Assembly (NCBI GenBank): GCA_963728915.1
Contig: CAVSLV010000001.1
Coordinates: 1,280,001 to 1,344,000, forward strand
Length of the DNA: 64,000 nucleotides
Origin: an uncultured Gemmatimonadales bacterium
Lineage (GTDB): Bacteria; Gemmatimonadota; Gemmatimonadetes; Gemmatimonadales; GWC2-71-9
Reading direction: 5' to 3'
This document shows positions 42,263 through 52,266 of this stretch, one piece after another. A program made the position numbers and the translations under genes. Positions within the stretch are counted from its first letter, which is position 1. Each line of letters begins with the position of its first letter. The notes beneath the pieces were generated by a model. The model was not told the origin of the DNA and made no database searches. It was given only the letters and a program-made list of their open reading frames with translations.

Positions 42263-42490
42263 CTACCACCCCCGCAGTTCCTCCTCGATCATCGGCGCAT
42301 CCCAGTCGGGACCGTAATGGATCTTACCCTCGGAGCCACCAGGCTCCCGAGCCCCCCGCCTAACCGTTACCGGAACCAGCTTGACCTTGGCTCTCCCGGC
42401 CTTGGCGATGATGATCTCCTCCCCCGCTGCGGCGCGTTCGATCAGGTCGGACAAGTGGGTCTTTGCTTCGTACACGTTGTAGGTTGACAC
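42263..42490 (-). CDS. Phd/YefM-family antitoxin (no adjacent cognate toxin)
   Basis: NVYEAKTHLSDLIERAAAGEEIIIAKAG; GTG start 42490. Confidence 0.88.
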   Translation of the reverse strand: MSTYNVYEAKTHLSDLIERAAAGEEIIIAKAGRAKVKLVPVTVRRGAREPGGSEGKIHYGPDWDAPMIEEELRGW

Positions 42491-42529
42491 CCTGCACCTC
42501 GGACGTTGGTACGCCCAGGCTCTCAACGG

Positions 42530-42564
42530 AAAACGAAACGGGCCCGGTCTTTCGACCGGGCCCG
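42530..42564 (-). terminator. Intrinsic terminator of the large surface-protein gene
   Basis: 11-bp stem CGGGCCCGGTC/GACCGGGCCCG, GAAA loop on the minus strand, then TTTCGTTTT. Confidence 0.85.
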
Positions 42565-42602
42565 CCTCGCTTGTTGCGGCCGTAGGCTCGCGACTGCCGA
42601 GC

Positions 42603-45600
42603 TTACGGGTTGGTGATCGTGATGTTGCCGTTCACCGGGGTGACCAGTGCATCACCAGAGGTGTTGACGCCGACGGCGTACAGCGCCTGCGCACCAGCGC
42701 AGATGGTAGCTGCATCCGTGCCGGTAAGGATCTGACCCAGGACGCCACCCAGCGTGCTGCTCGGCGTCCAGGTGAACGAGTACCGATGCCGACGTCCAAA
42801 GGCTGCACCGTTGTCGGTGGTGACCGGCGTGGTCTGACTGCCGATCAGCCGCAGGAACCCGTTGTAGTTCGCATAGAAATCCACTCGGGTGAACGGCGGT
42901 GCGAACGTCGCGGTTGGACCGTTGACGTCGGCATTCAGCGTGACCGTCGTGGCGTTCGGTGAAGCAGCCGCCGAACAGTTCGAGTGATCATTGTTGGACA
43001 CGCTCGTTGCGCCGTTGCTGATCACGAAATCCCGGATCTGCTGAGCCGGGTCTGCTACGGCTACGTACGAGACCCCCGTGGTAACCTGAGCACCGGTAAT
43101 CGCGGTGTTGGCAACCCCGGAGAGGTTGGTGGCCTGGTCCTGGACGATACCCGCCAGGTTGGTCGGCTTGTACGCGCCGCTCACCGCCAGCGGGCCGCCA
43201 ACGGCGTTGGTCACGTCTTCGACCTGCCGCAGGAAGCTGCTGGTGGTGAAGCCAGCCGACACGTTCGAGTTGACCAGCGTCCACGATCCAGGAGCGATCG
43301 TCGATGCCGGGAAGGTATTGAGGATCGTCACCGGGAAGACGACCGGGTTGGCCAGAACCGCCCGCATACGTGAGGGCGTACTGATCGCGCCAGAGGTCGA
43401 AGTTATCCGATGCGTTCGCGTTGAAGGTGACGCTGTTGCCGGTCAACGGGATGTTGTAGATCGCCGTGGTCAGACCCGGCACATTGGCCGCCGGATCGTA
43501 GGCAATCACCCGAGTCACCTCGGCACCCTGGTTACCCGCGGCATCCTGCGGATACGACCGATAGAAGTAGTACCCGACCGTGGTGGAAGCAGCCACCACA
43601 GTGGTCGGCACCAGCGGGAACACCGGAGCCCCGTTCACGGAGACCGGATTGCAGACGCCACCGGCAAAGGCGCCGACGAAGCAGCTCGCGCCGCTCGGAG
43701 GCACCAGTGACTGGGACCGAATCTGCACGGTTCCATTCACCGCGTTGGCCGACTGCATACCCGAGTTACCGACGGTGCCGTTATCCACCACGGTCACCTG
43801 GAACTCGAGGCCAACGGTCCCACCATTGCGGCGGGAATTCGACGGCAGGCCGCCCGAGAACGATTCGGTCGGCGCCGCGACATCGACGGCGAACAGAATG
43901 TTGGAGAGGCCGAAGCCGACGACGTCGGAAACCGCTAACGGTGCCGCGTTACACGCCGTGCCGGCAAAGGGCAGAATCGTCTCGTTGCCGAGCGCGTCGG
44001 TCGCACTGGCCACCGCGCACATATCCTGGGGCCCCAGGGTCGGAGCCGGTGCCGTCGGCGCACCCGAACCAGCCGTCGCAATAGCCGCGTCGACCAGCGG
44101 GCCAGCGCCAACTCTCAACATCCGGTTATACCACGGAGCGGCATTCCCCGCACCGACACCCACACCCGCATCGGCCGCACCGTTCAGCAACCAGCCATTC
44201 GGATTCCCACCGGTGTAGAGGCCGGTGAGCTGGAGCGGATTGGTCGCCGATCCAGGATTGATCCAGCCGTTCTGCCTGATGTTCGGATTCCCGACGAACG
44301 TCGGCGTCATGGTACCGGACGCCCGGTTGTCCAGCCGCAGGCTGGTCAGCGCATTCACGTTCAGCGGCGCCGAGCCGGGGAGGAAGAGCTGGTCACCATT
44401 GTTGTCCACCGCGGTGAAATACACCGATTCACCGATGGCGTTGAACGCCGGGCAACCATTGAACTCGTAACGGGCCACAGTACCCAGGAAACCTGGGGGT
44501 GCACCCAGAGGGTTGGCCTGCGAGAAGGTCGCAGTCCAGTCGCTGCCCGCAGTCGGAGCCGCGAGGGGCAGGGCGCGGGGTCCGCCGCCTGAGGCATCGC
44601 AGCCGGCGTTGCCGAAGATCACCATGGTCCCCGCATTTTCGACCATGGTCTGACCGGCGTTGAAGACAACCGGCACTGCTGCGATATCCAGCCCGCCCCG
44701 GTCATACCGGAGACCGGCGATGCTATTCGCGTGGGCGGTGGTTCCGCTCGTGGCGAACGTCTTGACGTGCACGCCGTTCGCGTTGTTGAAGATCAGGGTC
44801 TGGGTCGGGGTCGCCACCGGAGTCAGGTTCTGAATCCGGGCCTGCGCGCTGATCTGCCGGGCGCCATTCTTGTACGTCGTGGCGCCGGTGCACGCGGTGC
44901 TCCCCACCTTGATACAATCGTACTCGGCGGTGTTGACGCTGAGGATGATGACCACCTTGGCCTCGGCATTCCCCGCATCCTTATCGGCCAGAGCCTTGGC
45001 GCGCGCGGTCTCCCACTGCAGCGCCGAGAAGTTCTGGCTGGCAGCCACCACGCCGTCGATCAACACGTCAACGCCGGCCACGGTGTTCGCGCCGGGATCC
45101 ATGTTGAGCGAGAACTCGATCTGGCCGACCACGTTGTTGATGTTGACCGGAATGAAGGTCGCGCCGGTCGTGATCGACTGGATGCTGATGGTGGTCGGAA
45201 CCGGGATGGAGATCGTGAGCGCGGAGAAGCCGCACACGGTCTCGAAACCGGCAACGGTGGAGCAAGCACTGATGTTCACGGTGCCGCCCGCCGCCGCCGA
45301 GGTCACCGTCACGAGACCGGTGGTGCTGACGCTCACGGTCGCGCCCAGGCCCGGAGTCGCCACCGACCAGGTAACGGTCTGGGAGGGGGCGTTCGCGCCG
45401 GCCACCGCCGCGGAGAGCTGGAGCGTGGTGCTCCCGGTCGCCGGCTTGGTGATGGTCGCCGCCGGCGGAGTCACGGTCACTCCAGTTACGGTGGATACGT
45501 TGGTGAGCACGGTGATCGTCGCCACGCCGCAGACCGCAGACACCACGGTCGAGCAGGCCTGCACCGCGACGTTACCGGCGCCCACGGTCGTGAGCAAACC

Positions 45601-45870
45601 GCTCGAGCTGATCGTTGCCACCGAGGCGGGAGCAGCGGACCAGGTCACGGTGGTTGCGACGCCCGCGTCCGCATTCACGGCAGCGGTCATCTGCTGGGTG
45701 GTCGGGTGCGAGAGCGTGACTCCGCTCGGCGCTACCGCGATGCTGTGGACCGTCGGCTCCGGTGGAGGCGGCGGGGGCGCCGGAGGCGTGACAGTGACAT
45801 CGTCACCGCACGCCGCCACGCCGACCGCTACCAAGCCGGCCAACAGCAGTGAACCAAAGGACTTGCGCAT
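42603..45870 (-). CDS. ~1090-aa surface lipoprotein with Ig-like (Big_2) domains, S-layer-like; frameshift at ~43356
   Basis: Lipobox VAAC; Pro linker; VTWS...VATISSSGLLT repeats; Ala/Thr/Gly/Val/Asn-rich; ORF 42603..43367 continues the same composition if one T is removed. Confidence 0.82.
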
Positions 45871-46078
45871 TACTCCCCCCTCAGGAATGGTAGGTGATCT
45901 TGCTTAACCAGCGACTGCTCAAATTCTGCTTCCTCCACGCACGAAATTGCGGCACCCAGCGGTTGGGCACACCACAGGTGACCATCGAAGAAGCGGAAAT
46001 TTTTCGGCCGCCGTCCCGATGTTGCCTGAATTGTCCCCCGCAAATACTCGGGGGGCTGGGTTGAAATACAACGCGGCC

Positions 46079-46107
46079 AAGATAATGCTCGGGGGAAACA
46101 GGGTCAA
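46079..46107 (-). promoter_or_regulatory. Sigma70-type promoter giving a ~200-nt leader for the surface protein
   Basis: TTGACC-17 bp-TATCTT on the minus strand. Confidence 0.7.
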
Positions 46108-46212
46108 GAGACTCCTGCCCCCGCCGCCCAGCCACATGAGAACTCGGCAATCAATGTGCCCACGACCCCACCAGAGATGCTAAGCCGCTAAATGACTACG
46201 ACTTACGATCTA

Positions 46213-46785
46213 TCAGGGCGGGCCAACAGCCTTCCGAACCTCCCCAACCAGATCCTGCTTTTCCCCTGACCCAGTGTATACCACCCTTCCGGCTCCATCG
46301 ATCAGGACTACATAGGACGTGGCCGGAACATCGTAGGCCCTGGCTCCCACGCCCTTGGCATCCCACAGCACCTGGAATGGTGGCGCATGCTCCTCAAGGT
46401 ACCGCGTCACCCTCGGCTTTGAATCGTTGACGGTCACGTTGACCCCGAATAGCGCCACCTTGTCCCCGAAGGTCTGGTGAACCTTCTGGAGCTCCGGGAG
46501 GAGCCCTTTGCAGAGCGGACACCAGGTCGCCCAGAACTCCAGAAGGACCGGCTTGTGTCCCAGCAGATTGGCGAGATCCACCGGGTGGCCTTCGAGGTCC
46601 TCGATGGAGACCGCCGGGGCGACCGAACCGATCCTGATCCCGGCCTCGAGCTGGGCGAGAAGAGGAGGCGGACAGGCGGACTGGCGGACGGGCGGAAAGA
46701 ACAGCGCCAGAAGGAACCAGCGGCGCAGGCCCGATCGCCTTTGCCTCTGTCCGCCTGTCCGCCTGCCCGCCGGTCCGCCTGTCAC
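46213..46785 (-). CDS. TlpA/ResA-like thiol-disulfide oxidoreductase
   Basis: LEFWATWCPLC, YDVPAT; GTGA overlap with the upstream gene. Confidence 0.88.
   Translation of the reverse strand: MTGGPAGRRTGGQRQRRSGLRRWFLLALFFPPVRQSACPPPLLAQLEAGIRIGSVAPAVSIEDLEGHPVDLANLLGHKPVLLEFWATWCPLCKGLLPELQKVHQTFGDKVALFGVNVTVNDSKPRVTRYLEEHAPPFQVLWDAKGVGARAYDVPATSYVVLIDGAGRVVYTGSGEKQDLVGEVRKAVGPP
46667..46783. repeat. (GGCGGACN)x4 and inverted (TGTCCGCC)x4 inside the tlpA 5' coding region
   Basis: Arrays at 46667-46698 and 46748-46783; same unit as 11494. Confidence 0.85.
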
Positions 46786-47480
46786 CAGACTTCCCCCGCG
46801 CGAATGAGGTAGTACTCCGCCATGGCGAGAATAACCACGCCCGCGCCTTTCTTCACCCAGCTCATCCATTTCCCCGGACGAGGAAGACTTGCCAGGGTCG
46901 CCGCGGACAGGCCCACCGCGACCAGCAGGGTGGTCATTCCCAGGGAAAACACGAACAGATACAGGAACCCGAGGCCGGCGCTATGGGTCTGCCCGACAAA
47001 GGTCAGGACCGCCGCAAATGCGGGAGCGCCACAGGGGGCAGCCACCAGGCCAGACGTTGCTCCCATGAGAAAGACCGAGCCCGCCGAGCCGCCCCCGAAC
47101 CGGCTGGCCCAGGCGATCACCCGTCCCGGCATCGTCACGGGAAAGACGTCGAGCATCGCGAGGCCGAACAGGAGCAGCAGATTCGCCATGGCGAGGTAGG
47201 CCCAGCGATTCGAGCTGATGGTGCCGAACAGGGAACCCGTGAGACCTGCGACCAGTCCCAGGCTGGAATAGACCAGCGCCAGACCGAGGACGTAGAGCAA
47301 GGTGAGGGTCAGAGTCCTCCGGCGCGTCCGGGCTTCCGCCCCAGAGCCACCGAGGATTCCGATGGTGATCGGAATCATCGGGTAGATGCACGGGGTAACA
47401 CTGGTGACCAGGCCGGCCAGGAAAAGAACCGGCAGGGCCCGAATCGGTGAGCCGAGCAGCTCACCTCCAGCCTGGATCAC
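46782..47480 (-). CDS. ccdA: CcdA/DsbD-type transmembrane electron transporter
   Basis: [20 protein letters not shown]; multiple TM helices. Confidence 0.85.
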   Translation of the reverse strand: MIQAGGELLGSPIRALPVLFLAGLVTSVTPCIYPMIPITIGILGGSGAEARTRRRTLTLTLLYVLGLALVYSSLGLVAGLTGSLFGTISSNRWAYLAMANLLLLFGLAMLDVFPVTMPGRVIAWASRFGGGSAGSVFLMGATSGLVAAPCGAPAFAAVLTFVGQTHSAGLGFLYLFVFSLGMTTLLVAVGLSAATLASLPRPGKWMSWVKKGAGVVILAMAEYYLIRAGEVW

Positions 47481-48682
47481 GCGGGGTACCGTCGAGCGAC
47501 GTAGTCGTCCAGGATGGCGAGGAACTGGGTCACGATGGCATCGCCCTTCAGGGTCGTGTGAAGACGGCCATCCACGTACACGGGGGCCTTGGGCTCTTCG
47601 GAGGTGCCCGGAAGGGAGATGCCGATGTCGGCGTGCTTGGATTCGCCAGGCCCGTTGACGACACAGCCCATGACCGCGACCCGCAGGCTCTCGACTCCCG
47701 GCCGGGAGGCCCGCCATTCCCGCATCCGGGTATCGAGATAGGTCTGGATATCCGTGGCCATTTGCTGGAAGAAGGTGCTGGTGGTCCGGCCGCAGCCCGG
47801 ACAGCTCGTCACCTGGGGGGCAAAGTGCCGGATGCCGAGCGCTTGAAGGATGTGCTGGGCGACCCGCACCTCGTCGGCCCGATCGCCGCCCGGCGCCGGG
47901 GTAAGGGAGACTCGAATGGTGTCCCCGATCCCTTCCAGCAGGAGGACCGCGAGGCCGGCGGTGCTGGCGACGGCTCCCTTGATCCCCATCCCGGCTTCGG
48001 TGAGTCCGAGGTGAAGGGGATAATCGCAGCGGGCGGCGAGACGGCGGTACACCTCGAGCAGGTCGGGCACCCCCGAGACTTTCGCGGAAAGGACGATGCG
48101 ATCGTGAGCGAGGCCGGTGGCCTCGGCCAACGCCGCGGAACGAAGCGCGCTCTCCACCATCGCCTCGATCATCACCTCGCGAGCGTCAACCGGCTCGGGA
48201 AGGGCGGCATTCCGGTCCATCAGCTCGGTGAGGAGATCCTGATCCAGCGAACCCCAGTTCACCCCGATCCGCACCGGCTTCTCGTGCCGCAAAGCCACCT
48301 CGACGATGGCCCGGAAATGCTCATCCCGCCGCTTGCTTCCGACGTTTCCGGGATTGATCCGGTACTTGGCGAGCGCTCGGGCGCACTCGGGAAACCGGGT
48401 GAGGAGGAGGTGCCCATTGTAGTGGAAGTCGCCGATAATGGGGATCGGAGTACCCGCCGCTTCCAGCCGGGCCACGATCTCCGGCACCGCCTGGGCGGCC
48501 GATTCGTTATTGACCGTAACACGCACCAGCTCACTGCCGGCGGCGGCCAGCTCCTGCACCTGGGTCACGGTGCCGGGCACGTCCGCCGTATCGGTGTTGG
48601 TCATGGACTGGATCACGACGGGATGCCGGGATCCGATCGGGATTCCGCCAATCAGGACGGTGGGAGTCGGACGGCGGCTCAT
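47477..48682 (-). CDS. ispG: HMBPP synthase IspG
   Basis: [52 protein letters not shown]. Confidence 0.97.
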   Translation of the reverse strand: MSRRPTPTVLIGGIPIGSRHPVVIQSMTNTDTADVPGTVTQVQELAAAGSELVRVTVNNESAAQAVPEIVARLEAAGTPIPIIGDFHYNGHLLLTRFPECARALAKYRINPGNVGSKRRDEHFRAIVEVALRHEKPVRIGVNWGSLDQDLLTELMDRNAALPEPVDAREVMIEAMVESALRSAALAEATGLAHDRIVLSAKVSGVPDLLEVYRRLAARCDYPLHLGLTEAGMGIKGAVASTAGLAVLLLEGIGDTIRVSLTPAPGGDRADEVRVAQHILQALGIRHFAPQVTSCPGCGRTTSTFFQQMATDIQTYLDTRMREWRASRPGVESLRVAVMGCVVNGPGESKHADIGISLPGTSEEPKAPVYVDGRLHTTLKGDAIVTQFLAILDDYVARRYPA

Positions 48683-48696
48683 GGCGTAAATGTAAA

Positions 48697-48758
48697 GAAG
48701 TCTGAAGGTCTGGAGGTCTGGAAGTCTGAAGACCTCCCGACTTCCAGACGTTCAGACT
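48697..48758. repeat. (GAGGTCTG)x4 plus inverted copies
   Basis: GAAGTCTG AAGGTCTG GAGGTCTG GAAGTCTG, then AGACCTCC CGACTTCC AGACGTTC AGACT. Confidence 0.85.
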
Positions 48759-48792
48759 AGATTGGCCGCTCCATAGACCTCAGCGAGCCCCT

Positions 48793-49143
48793 GTGCGATC
48801 CACCCGACTTGTCGTCCTGGCCACCGTCCTTTTCCTTGTCGGGTGCGGCGACGCCCGGCTGCGGAAGCTTTCGGTCGGGATTTCCAAGGACAGCACCATG
48901 CAGATCATGGGGGGCCGGCCCGATCGGGCCGAGGCCTACCTGACCGGTGGACAGGTGATCGAGGGGCTGTTCTATGGCAAGGCGGGGGCGGATTCAGGAA
49001 AGACTCCCCAGGACAAACTCACGCCGGTCGTCCTGATCGACGGGAAAGTCACCGGGTGGGGCCGGGAGGCCTGGGAGAAAGTCGCCAGCGAGCACAACAT
49101 CCAGGAGACCAAACAGGAAACCAAGCCAACTCAGCCGAAATAG
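48793..49143 (+). CDS. Small lipoprotein (DUF3192-like)
   Basis: Lipobox LVGC; MGGRPDRAEAY; LTPVVLIDGKVTGWG. Confidence 0.75.
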   Translation: MRSTRLVVLATVLFLVGCGDARLRKLSVGISKDSTMQIMGGRPDRAEAYLTGGQVIEGLFYGKAGADSGKTPQDKLTPVVLIDGKVTGWGREAWEKVASEHNIQETKQETKPTQPK

Positions 49144-49148
49144 CCCGG

Positions 49149-49421
49149 CTATAGACTCCCTGGTGCAAGGCCGAGGGACTTGGTCAGGCGTTCCCATGCG
49201 ACTGGGTCCAGCGTTCCATCGCGGCGAAGCGGCTCCAGCGCCGCCATGATCTCCGCGCGGGTGCCGTCGATCCGGCGATCCCGCAGCTCACCGATCATCC
49301 GGGCAAAGCGGTACTCATACTCATCCGCATCGTACTGCCCGGTCTTCCTGCCTTCCGACAAGTTGCGGAGCTCGGTGACGACCCGTTCCGGCTTGATGGG
49401 TTTGAGCGTCTGGTCGGACAT
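49149..49421 (-). CDS. Hypothetical helical protein, 90 aa
   Basis: Natural amino-acid composition; fills the gap convergent to the lipoprotein gene. Confidence 0.7.
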   Translation of the reverse strand: MSDQTLKPIKPERVVTELRNLSEGRKTGQYDADEYEYRFARMIGELRDRRIDGTRAEIMAALEPLRRDGTLDPVAWERLTKSLGLAPGSL

Positions 49422-49479
49422 GAGTGGACCGCGGTTGGTTGAAACGGGAAGGTAGCTCAGGGAGCGGGCGGTGACCAGT

Positions 49480-49542
49480 AAGTCTGGAGGTCTGGAGGTC
49501 TGGAGGTCTGGAATTTCAGGCTTTCAGACCTTCAGACCTTCA
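49480..49542. repeat. (AGGTCTGG)x4 plus inverted (TCAGACCT) copies at the nrdJ 3' end
   Basis: Arrays at 49480-49511 and 49516-49542; same unit family as 48697. Confidence 0.85.
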
Positions 49543-52065
49543 TCCGCACTCCGAATAGCCGCACACCGGACACTTCACACACCCTTCCAAAAACTCGAGC
49601 TGAGAGCTGCAGTCGGGGCAGGACCCAACCAGGGCTTCGGCCATTCCGCTCAGAATCATCTGCTCATTGCTTCGGACCACGGCTTGCGTCACCGCGACCG
49701 GCTCCGAGCTGGTGGGATCGTGGGAAGGCAACAACTCCTCCTGAATCCCCTGCTGCTCAGCCATGTAGCGCTCCAGGGAAATCCCCACGGCATCGGGGAC
49801 CGACATCACCTTGGCGGGTCCGAGGCCGAGCACCTTGTCGGAGCTGATCCCGCGAAGCTGGCGATGGATCTCCCGGAGGGGAATCCCGGAGCGGAGCGCA
49901 AGGGAAATGAGACGCCCCATGGCCTCGACATCGGCCATGATCGCGCCACCGGCCTTGCCGAGCGACATGAAGACCTCGAAGGGCTGGTTCTTGTCGTCCT
50001 CGGTGATGGTGACGTACAGGGTGCCGAGCGGGGTTTCGAGCCGGCGGGTGGTGCCGCGGAGCAGCTCGGGCCGGCTCCGCTTCTGGCGACGCTGGAGGGT
50101 TTCCGACTCGAGCTCGTGGACCAGCTTCCGAAGCCGCTCGTTCTCGCTCACCACCTCCGCCATGGACCCAGCCAGGTCGGCGGCGGCGGCACGACGCTCG
50201 CTCGTCGTACCGCTCGCCAGCACATCGACCAGATCGGCGCGAGCCTCGGCGTGCCCGCTCTGGATCGCCGCCTCATGCACCTTCTTGGCGGTCGCGCCGG
50301 TGGAGAGCACCTGCATGTCCCGACTCCCATCGCGGTAGACGGTGACGCCCTTGCAGTCCAGGGCGTAGGCGAGCCGGTAGATCTCGCCGACTTCGGCCTC
50401 GGTGGCGGAATGGGCGAAGTTCACCGTCTTGGAAATGGCGGAATCGTTGTGATCCTGAAAGGCCGCCTGCATCCGGACGTGCCATTCCGGCCTGATCTCG
50501 TTCGCGGTCACGAACACCTCTTGCCACCGTGCCGGCACCTCGGCGAACCGGGTGTGGCCGACTTCGGCGACCTTCTGCATCAGGGCCTCCGAGTACCAGC
50601 CTTCCGCCTTGGCGATGCGCACGAAGTCCTCGTTGACATCGGGCATCAGAACCCCGGCCTGGTTCCGCATGAACGCGACCGCAAAGAGCGGCTCGATGCC
50701 CGAGCTGCACCCGGAGATGATCGAGATGGTTCCGGTCGGCGCCACGGTCGTGACGTTGCAGTTCCGGAGCTTCTGCATGGGACGGATCCGGTTGCCCTGC
50801 GGATCACGGGCGCAGGTCGCGTCGGGGCCCCAGATGCTCCGTTCCCACTCGGGGAACGGCCCCCGGATTCCGGCGAGCCGCTCGGATTCGATCTTGGCTT
50901 CGTGATCGACGAAACGCTGGATCTTCTTGCCGAGCTCGACCCCTTCGGCGGAATCGTAGGGGATGCCGAGCCGCACCAGCACGTCGGCGAGCCCCATAAC
51001 GCCGAGCCCGATCCGGCGAATCCGCTGGGCCAGGCTGGCAATCTCGGGAAGGGGATAGTTGTTGGCGTCGATCACGTTCTCGAGGAAGTGGGTGCAGAGA
51101 TGGACCACCCGGCGGAGCGAGGCCCAGTCGAGATCACCCTCTTTCACGAACGCGCCGAGGTTGATCGAGCCGAGGTTGCAGACGTCGTACGGGAGCAGGG
51201 GCTGCTCTCCACAGGGATTGGTCGCCTCGTAGCCGCCCAGGTGGGGTACCGGATTCGCGGCGTTGGCGCGATCGATGAAGAAGACCCCGGGCTCGCCGGT
51301 CTTCCAGGCGCCGTGGATGATCTTCTCCCAGACCGTCCTCGCGTTCAGCCGGCCGACCACCTTCCTGGTGTTGGGATGAATGAGGTCGTACTCGGTGCCC
51401 TGCTCCACCGCCTGCATGAAGGCATCGGTGACCGCGACCGAGATGTTGAAGTTGGTGATCTTGGTCGTGTCGTCCTTGCAGGAGATGAAATCGAGGATGT
51501 CGGGATGATCGACCCGGAGAATGCCCATGTTGGCACCCCGGCGGGTCCCCCCCTGCTTCACGACGTCGGTGGACGCATCGAAAAGCGACATGAACGAGAC
51601 CGGTCCTGACGCCACTCCCATGGTGGAACGGACGATGTCGTTCCGGGGGCGGAGCTTGGAAAAGCTGAACCCGGTGCCCCCACCGGACTGGTGGACCAGG
51701 GCCATCGCGGTGAGGGTGTCGTAGATGCCGCTTTGACCGTTGGAAAGGGCGTCATCCACAGGCAGGACGAAACAGGCGGAGAGCTGCCCGAGCGGACGGC
51801 CGGCATTCATGAGGGTTGGGCTATTGGGCATGAACTGCCGCCTGGCCATCAACTCATAGAACGCCTCGGTGAGGGTCTCGACTGCGCCCTGGCTGGCGCC
51901 GTACTGCCGGTCCGGCTCCGCGATAGTGCGGGCGACCCGGAGGAAGAGTTCCTCCGGCGATTCGACCGGGCGGCCGGACTCGTCGCGGACGAGATAGCGC
52001 TTTTCCAGGACGGTGATCGCATTCGACGACAACTCGAGCGGAACCCGAGGCGCAGCAGTTCCCAT
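49540..52065 (-). CDS. nrdJ: Class II (adenosylcobalamin-dependent) ribonucleotide reductase
   Basis: PNSPTLMNAG, LSACF, QGGTRRGANM, TNPCGEQ, APTGTIS, TVYRDGSR; C-terminal domain with CPDC/CPVC zinc ribbon; no beta subunit nearby. Confidence 0.92.
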   Translation of the reverse strand: MGTAAPRVPLELSSNAITVLEKRYLVRDESGRPVESPEELFLRVARTIAEPDRQYGASQGAVETLTEAFYELMARRQFMPNSPTLMNAGRPLGQLSACFVLPVDDALSNGQSGIYDTLTAMALVHQSGGGTGFSFSKLRPRNDIVRSTMGVASGPVSFMSLFDASTDVVKQGGTRRGANMGILRVDHPDILDFISCKDDTTKITNFNISVAVTDAFMQAVEQGTEYDLIHPNTRKVVGRLNARTVWEKIIHGAWKTGEPGVFFIDRANAANPVPHLGGYEATNPCGEQPLLPYDVCNLGSINLGAFVKEGDLDWASLRRVVHLCTHFLENVIDANNYPLPEIASLAQRIRRIGLGVMGLADVLVRLGIPYDSAEGVELGKKIQRFVDHEAKIESERLAGIRGPFPEWERSIWGPDATCARDPQGNRIRPMQKLRNCNVTTVAPTGTISIISGCSSGIEPLFAVAFMRNQAGVLMPDVNEDFVRIAKAEGWYSEALMQKVAEVGHTRFAEVPARWQEVFVTANEIRPEWHVRMQAAFQDHNDSAISKTVNFAHSATEAEVGEIYRLAYALDCKGVTVYRDGSRDMQVLSTGATAKKVHEAAIQSGHAEARADLVDVLASGTTSERRAAAADLAGSMAEVVSENERLRKLVHELESETLQRRQKRSRPELLRGTTRRLETPLGTLYVTITEDDKNQPFEVFMSLGKAGGAIMADVEAMGRLISLALRSGIPLREIHRQLRGISSDKVLGLGPAKVMSVPDAVGISLERYMAEQQGIQEELLPSHDPTSSEPVAVTQAVVRSNEQMILSGMAEALVGSCPDCSSQLEFLEGCVKCPVCGYSECG

Positions 52066-52246
52066 GAAAGCTCCTGACCTTTTCGTTTTTCTGACCGAAA
52101 GGTAACAAACCGCGGGGTTCATACATCCACGGCATGCGCGGTCTCGCTTCCGCGAAAGCCGTTGGGGAAGCTCAAATTAGGACGGTGACCAGATCGTGAC
52201 AATACAGGGAGGATTTCAAGAAACTGCGCGAAAAACGGCTATGCAC

Positions 52247-52260
52247 ATCACAAATGTGAT
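52247..52260. promoter_or_regulatory. Dyad ATCACA-AA-TGTGAT upstream of nrdJ, possible regulator site
   Basis: Perfect 6-bp arms in the AT-richer upstream region; only loosely resembles an NrdR box. Confidence 0.3.
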
Positions 52261-52266
52261 CATCGG

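Noticed and set aside
42000..42269. 89-aa ORF as an intact VapC toxin
   Set aside because: No PIN acidic motif (LLDT), and it overlaps hicA out of frame
15700..43360. Programmed ribosomal frameshifting at the broken genes
   Set aside because: No slippery heptamers seen at the breakpoints; scattered small indels in unrelated genes fit sequencing error better
45880..46070. c-di-GMP or other known riboswitch in the surface-protein leader
   Set aside because: Partial GGCAA/GAAA words only; the conserved core could not be matched by eye
34659..49542. Short repeat arrays as CRISPR
   Set aside because: Units are 7-9 nt, contiguous, without unique spacers; no cas genes in the window
49471..51609. 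712-aa plus-strand ORF and other long antisense ORFs (e.g. 7050..8996, 25142..26920, 27349..29151)
   Set aside because: Shadow frames of well-supported genes in high-GC DNA; no recognisable motifs
49540..52065. Intein or intron in nrdJ
   Set aside because: Catalytic motifs are normally spaced; no intein termini or homing-endonuclease motifs seen
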